Shown here one piece after another: positions 46,901-58,900 of a DNA stretch of 64,000 nt. This DNA is from Phoronis australis (taxonomy: Eukaryota; Animalia; Phoronida). A program made the translations under genes and the position numbers. The notes under the pieces were generated by a model that worked only from the letters and a program-made list of their open reading frames with translations, did not search any database and was not told the DNA's origin. The DNA is taken from assembly GCA_002633005.1 (NCBI GenBank), contig NMRA01000002.1:1829023-1893022 (forward strand), given 5' to 3'. Every line of letters starts with the position of its first letter. Within the stretch, counting starts at the first letter, position 1.

Positions 46901-49900
46901 TGCCTAACACCAAAATCCAATGGCGTGGACAGATTGAGCAAACAAAACCATGAGATGTGCTATATTGGTGCAAACATAACAGAGCTATGACATCACAGAT
47001 AACTTGTGGATGTATAACCAGATTCAGTTAGCATCCGAGACGATGAGATCTAAATTCAGTGGAATCAGATGGACTATGCCTTGAAATCTGTAGAGAAAAA
47101 AATTGCCTAATATTTGTGTGCTAATTAGGTGAATTTTGAGGCTCACTTTCAATCATCGAATATTTTCTTATAATGGTTGCTTTCAGTACCCGCATTCAAG
47201 TTAATGCCCAACCTGATAAATGAGATGAAAAGTATTACCTCACCGTACCCGTATAGTCACCTGGTTCTAACTCATGCCATTTCTCTGCCAGAAAAAAGGG
47301 TCAAAAATTATAATTTGGAAAATCAACAATTCTAACCCTGTTCTAGAAGATGTGGCTAGGCGTCGTGTACGAGCTTCAGATTTCAAAAAGTTACTTCTGT
47401 TTAAAATTGTCATCTTGGAGAACTGCATCAGTGTACCAGGTACTCCATGGGGAACAATCCACACATAATGCAAATTGCCCGACATGTTTTCAGGGCCCGG
47501 TCTCTAATCTTTGTAGTCGAAACGAACTCAAAACTATTTTTGGCAATTTCTCTGCTCCTTTTGTGCGAACTTAAGATAATTGATTATCAGACTGTGCTCG
47601 AATACATTATAGTTTATGCATAGGAGTTTCTAGTTCAAGTTTGCCCTTGAAGACCCTTATATTTGTGCTACAAACGAGTAAAAACTCGAAATTTCGAGTT
47701 CAAACTCGAACTTATTGCTTTAATATTGGGTTTACAAACTGTGAACTAAGGGCAATAAATTATCTAAGTAAGTTATTGTGTACTCGAGCATAGAATAATA
47801 GACACTTATCTTGAGTTCACCCAAAAGTAGAGTAGAAAAAGCCAAATCTAATTTCAAGTTCCATTTCGAGTAAAAAGATTGGAGACCGGGCCCAGGTCTT
47901 GATCTTCCTATTCTCTAATTCACAGACATGCATTTTTTACACTTGCTTAGCACGTGTTCATAGCACAGGAAGTACTACAATGCAATTGTCATTTGCCTCG
48001 CTAAGACAAATCTCGAGTCTTCCAAATATTGCTCAACGTTTCCAAACATGGCTGAGAATCATGTTTGAAAATACGTAGGGAGAAAACTGCCATTGTTCGT
48101 CTCCTTATTAGCAATAGTTGCCATGGGAACCATGTCACCACTTTCCATACCCATTTAAGACCTCACGCAATGTAACCTGGAAGGTTCATCAATGCCCGGT
48201 CAAATTCTATTTACAGGGCGCAACATAAGAGAGCACATGCTCTAAGATATGAGAAGGAAATTGACTTCACTTGCATTATTCAAATGGGCACGCAAGGGTT
48301 GCTCAACATTTTTTTGGTCGTCACTTTTTATGCGTGCACATCTGGACAACGTGTGCAGGATACGCATCATTCGTATTTTCAGGCAGGCATTTTCGCCTAT
48401 ATCGATCACTGTATTTATACAAACTGACTCCCAACTGACCTGTCTCAAAGTGACCCTGCCAATAACCACTGAAATTTAATTCTATTGCACATCCAGAAAC
48501 AAGTTAATGAATTCAGCCAGCATTTATCTACAGGGTTAAATTTAAAATATTGCACAATTAGAAATATGTTTGCTCAACTGAACACCTAGTTATTAATTTC
48601 AATGTGACGCGCTGTCTGTGGCTTAAACAATTTTCCATTCTGACCATTTTCATCCTGACCCTCACTAAAATCTCAACAATTTAAGACGTAATATGGTGGA
48701 CAAATTTTATTTTCTCATTTTGTTCATAAAAGATAGATCCAAAAATGTCTAGTTACAATTGAGTTACATACCATAGCATTCACAACGGTGCTAGAAACAA
48801 AACAACAATTTTGATTGTTTTTCGTACTCACAATTGGTGATTTTATTGAAAAGATAACTGAAGTCTCTTTGTCAAAGGTGTTCATTAGAATAAAGTAAGT
48901 CTGCCAAAAATGGAAATTTGAGTTTGCAGCAAATTAAAATGTAAAATCACTTTTTACTAGACATGTTTCTCATCACGCTACTATTGCGCATGGGTAATTT
49001 GACCTATCGCAAGCTCCACCCTCTGACAAAAATTCGACAAACAACCCATAAGTTTTACCTGGCACCGTATTGTTTGTCGGGTAAAATGGTGGCTTGGAAA
49101 TAAAGGTGGGTCAAAAATGCTGTATTCTGACTGGTCAGTTAAGCTGGCAATAGGCCAATTCAAATGCGCCTTCAATACAATGAATGTTGTGAGATTCTAA
49201 TGGCGGCCTTCAGCATGCAGTGTTCTCCACAATACAAATTCCAAACTCGTAGCAAATTTCTAGAGGGGTTTAATTTCGACAGTGAACCTTTACACTGGAG
49301 ATAATTATATAACTTTCAAATGTGTACACTAAACTTTTGTGAGTGACCTTTTCAGTGACCCCTGATGTCCTGTTCAACAAGTTACCATTTTAGCCACTAG
49401 AAGTTAAAAATCAAAATTATATTTAATTAAGCATAACCAAAGTGTTCCTGTACATGTTTAGATGTAAAAGTTTAACATTAGAATGACAAGATGGAATAGT
49501 TATTCACTAAAACTAGCTTGTTAACTCCATGAAGTTTTGTTATGAAATGGATTTCATCGGATTTTCTTGGCAATAGTGAACATCGGTTGTTCTTCACGAG
49601 CATTATATAATGTTAACTGCTTATCAATGGAGTGAACTGTGATTGACGTTGGCAAAATCTACCTCTGCTTTGATTCTTGTGTTGTCGGCCACGATTAAAA
49701 CCGTCACAGCAAATTTTAAACTTGTAGAGATTTGCCCAAACTCGTGGAAAACACTGGCATGGGAGTTGTTACCATACAAGACAAATCATCAAATAACCGG
49801 CTGAAAAGAGAAAATGACCAAAAACACCGCTGAAACAGTATTCCCTAAAAGGATCAATCTACTGTTGAGAGTGCATAATTTCCCACTTTTTTGATAATGG

Positions 49901-52900
49901 AGGGTTAGAAAACCTCACTAATTAAGGACCAATATCGTTGAAAAATGAAATGTCATTTAATCATTTTTTCATGAAAGATATATCGCAGTTTTTCCACATT
50001 CAAGTTCTGTACCAGAACTGGCAATAGTTGGATACAACAGCCTATACTTAGAGCACCAGATTCCCATTATTCAGTGGAGAAAACTGGTTCTCAAAATGGG
50101 GGCACGTTATATATGACTATCAAGCAGTTTTACGCAAAAAAAATTGCTGATAAATTCATATCAGTCGAGGTAATGACTTTCCGCTAACACACCCCAACCC
50201 TATCCGAATAAATCCTTGGGCATTTATTTGGTGTTACTGAAACCCTGAAAATGTTCATTTTCCGAATACACTCCCATGGGATTACCTATATGGAAAATCC
50301 TGCTAACACAAACTGTTGTATCACAGTTTGAAGGTGATAACTTACAGTTTTAGGATGAGGCCAGGTGGGTCACAGTAAGGGTAAAAATTATCCAGTAGAC
50401 TCTAAAATTTAGGACACAGAAATACAAACTGTGTTTGGAATTTTTCGATTCTTAAAGATAGACCTGGGTGATTTCCGCAATAATCGTATTTCTCAAATAT
50501 AGACTACCCAGTTCATAAAATCATAGAAAATCGCCGATAATGCAACATGTCTTTACTCCCATAGTGTTTAACAGAGGTCAGTGCTCATATGTTAACATTC
50601 TTGAATTTCGAATAAGCATTATTGCCTATTTCTAAAACTTGGTACATGTTCCAAGCTTGAGCAAAATAACTTATTTTTCACTTGTCCAAACTCAAGGATT
50701 TTCACTGTAATAATTTCCTTATTTTCTATGGAAACCTAAAGCAGAAAAAATTCCAGGACACAAATTTTCTATTCAAGAATTAAATTCTCCGCAGGACCAA
50801 AAATAAACTCAAATCCAAAATTTATCGCACCAGGACCTATAATTAATCATGTCAGGACCAAAATTTAATACGTCAGGACAGAAAATTTATCATGCAAGGA
50901 CAGAACATTTATCACGCCAGGACAGAAAATTTATTACGTCTAGAAAATTTCACACATCAGGAAAATTTCACGCTAGGAGACCACATGACCATCCACAAGC
51001 ACGTGACTCCTTAAAGAGATGATGTAGAATTTCTGTCATCTCATCCACGTTTTACAACAGAGGCCAATGCACACTTGAACACACTAGACTTGAACACGTC
51101 TGTATTACAGAGACACCACAGATCGCAGATCGCTTTGTCATGTGGTCTGGCATGAAATTTTCTCTTGGCAAGAAATTCTATCTTGGCGTGACAAATTTTC
51201 TGTCCTGGCGGTGATAAATTTTCTGTCCTGGCGGTGATAAATTTTCTGTCCTGGTGTGTTAAATTTTCTGTCTTGACACGGCAAATTTTCTGTCCTGGCA
51301 TATTAACTTTTCTGAACTGACATGATAAAATTTCTGTCCTGGTGTGATAAATTTTAGTTTTGTGCATATTTTTTGTCCTTCAGATAAATTAATTCTTGAA
51401 AAGCTAATTTGAATAATGAAATTTTTTCCACTTAGGCTTTCTGTATTCATGTATTGAGAGCTAACCATTATAGGTACTTCCAAATTTCATAGTTGATATC
51501 AAATAGCATTTCCACCTACTATGACATCATCATAGATTTACTATGACATCATCGTAGATTTAATGAAGCTCAAAATAACGCTTCAAATAATTGGCCCACC
51601 AAAGACTAGTCACCCATATCTTTCACAGAAAACATGCCAGGGAAATGTCTGTAGTTGAAACTTGAAATAGGAAACCACATCAACTAGGATTAGTGCAAAA
51701 CCAGTGGAAGCAATCCAACCAATTAACTTGACTGTAAACAAACAAGATCCTGTTAATGGATACCAGTATTTATTACTTGAATTAAGTTTGAACTGGTGAA
51801 TTGCGAATGGTATAACTTGCACTAATTCATTTCTGAATGTTGGTCACAAACAATACATTTCATCTACGTCAAAACATGTGAATAAACCAGCCACCAGGAT
51901 ACCTCACTATTAATTCAATGCACAGACACATCACTCTCTTAATTATCTGCAATAACCCAGAAATAGAACTAAGATTAATTACCATCATCCCTGGACAGTT
52001 ATTTAAGCCACATCAATGCAATTACATATTGCAGAGCATGTTTTATTCTCAATTCTTCAGGTCTACATTTATTCCCCTTGAAAAACACTGGCAGGCAGAC
52101 AGACCCAAGTTGCAGAATGGCTTGGGCGACAGGGGTGTTGGGTTTCTGTGACCCCATGAGTCAACAGGACATGGTTTAAAAACAAAGGGACATTGGATAA
52201 ACAAGCAACAAAACCACCACTTCAGGGCAGTCCAGATCAAGTACGCCCTTGCAGCTGTGAATACCATACAGAACTCCCACTTGCTGTTCAGAGAGACAAG
52301 AATTAAGCCCTTCTGTTGATCACAGGCAAGACAGCTGATCCAGATACTTACTCAAGGCCAAACAAACCAGAAGAACAGCCGGGCAGTGGAACTGACCAAA
52401 AGTACAGACTGACCAAAAGTACAGCTTTTAAGGGTGTACAGCAGAAGTGAGCTAATTGATCCCATTCAACCAACATACGGTAGGTACACAGCAGTGCATT
52501 ACTACTGTTGTGAAGTACACAACAAATCACTCCAACGTGCAGTTCTCAAGGGAGGACGGATTATTAAACTGTGAAAAAGCAACCTCACTCACTTCGCAAT
52601 AGAAGAAATTGACATGTTCATCACTGGAGATTTAAAGAAAATCCTGAAGAAATTTTCAACAGCATCCTACGACACAATGGATCCAGCGAACAACTTTACC
52701 CCAATGACAGCTGTATATAACAGTGGCTCAGAAGTTTGGAACAGCACAGTATCGACCTCACCAGGCACCAACATGTACTACAACTTAACTACTGGGACCA
52801 AACACAATATCACAGGAGAATTTGGCATTCTTCATATCATGGAACTCTCCAGCTTATCAGCTAGTGTGCTGTTTTTGCTTGCTACCTTTTTCACCTATTT

Positions 52901-55900
52901 GTGTTTACCGCGACAATGGACACCAAGTGGGTGTTGCATTATGAACATGTGTGTCACTTTGGCCACCTCGCAGGTGACCCTATACTTCGGCATCAACAAA
53001 ACTGACTGGAACCTGGTATGCAAGGTCACTGCTGCCATAGCCCAGTTTAGTTGGATGTCTTCCTTTTTCTGGCTGTGTTGTATCATCATCCATAACTGGT
53101 GGACGGTTAACTATTCAGAAAGTGTGACACAAAAGCGCCAAACCTGTATCCACGTCGTTTACATGTCATTCTGTTGGTGCGTACCGCTCGTTTTGGTCGG
53201 AATTACGTTTATATTTGACTACTTAGAAATGCCACTAAATCCAGGCATCGGAGAACAGTTCTGCTTCATTGAAGACCTACACACTCTGATGTTACTGTTT
53301 GTGGCACCATGTATCTTGTTTTTATTCATCAGTATTCTACTGCTCGTATCAACCTGTGCGAACTGTTGCGCCAACGATGACGACTACACTGAAGAGATGC
53401 AAGAGGCAAAATCCACATTACGCTGGGCTCTGATCATTGAGATTTTAATGGATGCCACAGTGTGCCTGAGATATTTGGAGTTTCGACATGCCATGTTAGA
53501 GCTAACGATTGTGTCCATGTGTCTGAGTTTTGTTCAAAGTTTTACCACCTTTTTTGCTTTGGTGATCTTACAAAAAGTTTGTCAAAGCGTTTGCAGGATC
53601 AAATGTTCAAGAAGCAAACATCCAGCTGCAAGAATGAAACTAGAACAGAAAACCAGTGACAAAAGGGCGGAGAGACGAACCCATAATGGGTTACGTATCA
53701 ACGAAGAACACGCCGCAATCTACTCTAAACACCACCCATATATTCGTAAGAAGAGAGAAAATAGCAGCAGTCTACAGCGGTCATTGTTAGGTAACAGAAG
53801 TTTGAGCAGTCCAACACATTCACAGAGCCCACAGTCATCAAGCTCGTTGTCACCAAGCCCTCAGTCACAGGGCGAGGAAGTGTTTGTATGAACTACATAG
53901 ACTGTCCACTCATGTACTTGGAACAACGGATGGCATTTTTACCAGCAAAAATGTCAGTACTGCGAGAGGCAGAAAACAACCTTGCTGATTTTGTAAACTG
54001 AATAAAGTACTAGCGTTTTTCCTTAGCACTTTAGGGAAATACCTATAGTAGTTGAATTTTTACAAGTGTCATTCTTGCTGACACTTTGCTGGTGTCTTTG
54101 AGTTGCCTTAAAACTGTTGGAGTTTTTGCTTACACAAAGCGCTTTTTGAGAGATCAGACATGGCAGGGAAAGCAGCACTGCACATATTTTTGAGTTAATC
54201 AATTTATTGCAGGCTGAACCTGATTTCACATAAATCTTTGTAGCATTTGGGTGATGATTCCAGTGGCGAAGAAACAAATTCCTGGCGTTATTTTTCAGAA
54301 CTGTAAATGTAATCTGTGTATATTACGCAACACCATGTTTGGCTCAAGCAGTAGACTTTTCTATGACCAGTTTGCCCAGAATATGTACAGAATGTAAAAC
54401 TTTGTTGTTTTTCTGCCATTTAATATAAATAATTTATGCTTTGACATAGGACACTGACACAACAGACGTGCTAGACATTATTTATTATTTCACAAAGGCT
54501 CGGTCCAGTATCACAATGAGGAGAACGCATGACAACATTTTGTTTTTGTCTCATTTTTCATATATAACCCAAATGCAATTCATCCATTTTCTAAGCCCCT
54601 ATCCACCAAGGTGAGAAAACTGCTTTTTATGTGACAAATCTTCAAAATTGCATTCTGAATAAGGGCTTGCCAGTTTATATGGAAGTTTTAATCGCCATTT
54701 TGATTGGTGGTTTAGTCATCATGTCAACACAACAAGTAATACAATCCCAACTTTAATGGTGAATTCCTTACCATCTAAAAATAATGGATTTTACTGCAAA
54801 TGCAGAGTAAAATGTGACAACTGCAATAAATCACTAGGGTCACCTACAGATACCAGGCCTGAGGCACCAAACGCATGGCACTTCACGACATCGGCACTTC
54901 AGGACATGGGCACTTTAAATATCAGCACTTCACGACATCGCTTCGTGACATCTGCCTTGGAGCACAAAACAAGTAAGTGGCCAGAGGGAGATTATAATCT
55001 CCAGACAAACGAGAGCAACAAAACTCCTTACTTGCTAAGAGAGGACACGTTGTAAAATACTGGGAGAAATAGAGGGAAAAATCATACAGTCATAGATTAC
55101 CCTTTAAAAGTAGGCGTAAAAACAGAGAAGAAATAACAGAATTTTTTTTAGGTGAAAATACTAATAATGCGTATTTGGATGTACCGACTTTTTGACGTCG
55201 AATTCTGACTAACATTACGAGGGTATTGACTATGAACGTTGTGCAAGACATGAGATTGAGACAAACAAAGGCTCGACTGTCAGGAATATTTATGATAAAA
55301 AAGCGACTCGTTTTACCAAGACACTTTATTGTCTTTATTCAGACTGTCGGCTTTGTGGAAGACTGGACATTGCTGCTGAAATTTTTACCTCCTTGTTATA
55401 ATTTTTGGACTTAGTCGACATTGGCATCNNNNNNNNNNNNNNNNNNNNNNNNNNNNNNNNNNNNNNNNNNNNNNNNNNNNNNNNNNNNNNNNNNNNNNNN
55501 NNNNNNNNNNNNNNNNNNNNNNNNNNNNNNNNNNNNNNNNNNNNNNNNNNNNNNNNNNNNNNNNNNNNNNNNNNNNNNNNNNNNNNNNNNNNNNNNNNNN
55601 NNNNNNNNNNNNNNNNNNNNNNNNNNNNNNNNNNNNNNNNNNNNNNNNNNNNNNNNNNNNNNNNNNNNNNNNNNNNNNNNNNNNNNNNNNNNNNNNNNNN
55701 NNNNNNNNNNNNNNNNNNNNNNNNNNNNNNNNNNNNNNNNNNNNNNNNNNNNNNNNNNNNNNNNNNNNNNNNNNNNNNNNNNNNNNNNNNNNNNNNNNNN
55801 NNNNNNNNNNNNNNNNNNNNNNNNNNNNNNNNNNNNNNNNNNNNNNNNNNNNNNNNNNNNNNNNNNNNNNNNNNNNNNNNNNNNNNNNNNNNNACATCAT

Positions 55901-58900
55901 CTGTGCATTTTTCTTTTGTTGGTAACTGCAGCTTTGATGACTCATTGTACAGAATATAAAGCTAGTGAAGTTGATATAATAAACTTTATAACAGAATTTG
56001 ACTTGAGATGACCAAAAACAGTGCACTCATCGTTCAACCAATATCTGCAATATCTGTAATACCCGTTTGGTAAGCTATTTGGCTGTTTTCGTAAATTTAA
56101 ACATAAAAGTCTTGATCAACAGTTTTTTAGTACTTAAAAAAGCCCAATACAAGGGAGCTGTTTTTGTAAACTTAGGTGTAAAAGCCTTGTTCAACGCATT
56201 TTTAATTGTAAAAAAACCCCACTGTGTGTATTGGGGGGGGGTTACTGGTGAATGGGGTGGGGAGGGGGGTGGGTAATGCAGCGTTGGAATCATGGACGCC
56301 CTGGAATATTGGGAACCCCATTTTGGACACCCTATGTTCGAAATCCTAGATGAAGCCCTGGTGCCAGTCACAAGTCAAACACATCCAAAAATCAATGTCA
56401 CTTGTGGAGTACCCAGCAAGCACACATCTACCAATTTTCATAATGATCCTTTAAGTGTTTTTCTTGTTTCAACAACGGACGCGATAAGAGAAACTCATAA
56501 AAATGGCCACTAGGTGTCAGTATCAGTCAAATTCAAACAACAAAAGGAAAGCGTCGGGACTCCGTAATAAAAATTTGTCGAGGGATTCCAAAGACAAAGA
56601 GGCGAACATAAAATACTAAAATTGCCACTTGTGGGCACAGCGGTAGTCAAATCGGTAATAGCCAGATAACCAGTTTTCTCCAATGGATAATGGGCACCAA
56701 ACTGGTTCTCAAGGTGCAGGCACCCAACATCTGAAATTGCTATCCAATCAGTCCAAAAGTCGTCATTACCTGTTGTCATTTTCAAAGGAACACATCTACC
56801 AAACTTCCGTGATGATCTTCCAAGAGGTTTTGGAGATACAGCCACCCAGATATAGATTATGACAATATGCACCCACATTTGACGGTGTGGGTGCATTAGA
56901 TACCACATGTTCACCACATTACAAACCACATTTTAGACTGTTTGCAGTATGTCACAACCTGTTCGTGGGCACTTGCAACAATTTGCACCCTCCCAACATA
57001 TCTGAATGCCTTTCAGACACATTTTGTTTTCCAGTTGTGGCTAACAAGTTGCTGGTAGATCCTACTTGTAAATAAAGGTGTAATTTTGTTTGTAAAGAAA
57101 TTTTTAAAAGATCAAACTTCATTTTTCCGCACGCAGTGTACAATTTAAATTTCTCACATCAGGTAGCAAGGCAGGAACACTTATAATAATGCAACTGCAA
57201 GTACATCTGCACTACATCTGGCCTTCCTCCAGTTGGGGAGTACAGGAGTACACTGGTATTTCAGATATGGTGAAGCAACGCCGTTAATCATGGGCAAAGA
57301 AGCAAGTGTTCATTTGTTGCATTCATGACAAAAGAGCATAGACCTTCACAACACAGGTGCAATTCAGGTAGGAAGGAAGTAATCAAGTAATATACCAGTT
57401 TTAAAATTAGGTTGCGCAAACATTTTGTGGTGAAAATTTTTTTCGGACATGTAACAATGGGTTTAACCCCATGGTCGCTTAAGCATATCTCAAACCTTAT
57501 TCACAAAAATTGGCCATTTTTACAATAGCAAAATACCTTATCTTCATTGGCGGAGAACTTCATACACAAAATATATAGCGTGTAGTGAGAAAAAAATTAG
57601 CAGAACCACCTTGGAACCGTACAAGCGTGCGGAAATTTCGTTACTACTTATCCAAGGTCAAAGGTTTACAGGGCTGTCACTCAAATTGAATCTACCGCCA
57701 GGCACAGAGCGTATATACCCTTGAAGTCCTTTCATTCACCAAGTCACCAAAATATTGAGTCAATGACGAGTACGGTACATATGACAGTAAGATGCAGGGG
57801 AAAACGAAGACAGGTTAACCTGAAGACAAAACGTAGTTTTGATCCTTAGGGAGTTGTGTGTCTGTATGCATACAACTCTTGAGAACGAATGATACAAGTC
57901 ATCGCCCCAAGCCCCTGTAACTTTGTTTTCAGGAACATATCAAGTTGTGAAAAGAGATAAATCCTCACCCAATTTGGTAACTTGACATTGGACTCGATAC
58001 ATTGGAAATCGGCTGGGCTAATTAAACGTTCTTGTGATAATTAAGTTAATTACACACTGCAAATTCAGAAGAAATTGCGCGCGAATGTTGAAATAATGAA
58101 CATGGCAACGGGATGTATTGGATATAATGACTGAAAACAAGTTTTCATCAAACAATGAACCGAAGACCTTGAGACATTCACCTCTCACAGCTCAATCAGA
58201 CTTTTAATCGGAACTTAAGAACACAAGTTCTCGGTGGATTTCACTGTAACTTTAAACTCAATATTTATTCATCAATCTCAAAAAACTTGTAGCCTTTTCG
58301 ATATAAAGGCCTAGTTTTGGCATAATGTAACAAAGACAACTTCTAATTTATTCAAGAATACCTTGCGTTCTGCAAGTTGATTTTTCATAGAAACCAAACG
58401 AAAAAAACTAATCCAAAATTCCATACAGCATTTTTGAGGTAACTGGTGAACACATTTTTATGTTCTCTGATCATTCTACTTTCAGAAAATAAAAACCTTT
58501 ACTAGTTGATAAAGCCTAGTTTTTTGATATACAAGTTAGAATGGAGGCCACTAAATAAGGTTTGAGATAACCTTAACTTGGTTATTAGCCTGGAAATTGG
58601 GGAGGGGTCCGCATGACCATCTAAATTGGAAATTTTAAGAAATTGTGGATGAGTGCTTGCCCACATGTTTAAGGTAGTTAACAGTCACAGGTTTCTCCGT
58701 AAATGCAGCAAATCTGCTAGACAAGTTGTTGTGCCCTGATCTTCCTGTCTGCTAACCCACAGAATCAAAAATTAGTACACATAAGTTTGACACTGTTTTT
58801 TTACCCTACGGTTGGCAATCATTCAACAGAAGGCTGGCAACACGTCTGTTGACAAGTCATATAATATTTTAACTGTTCTTTCAAAGACCAAAAATTTAAA

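Noticed and set aside
45820-46953. Long ORFs of 184-377 aa here and at 55385-56026
   Set aside because: Artefacts of translating N gaps.
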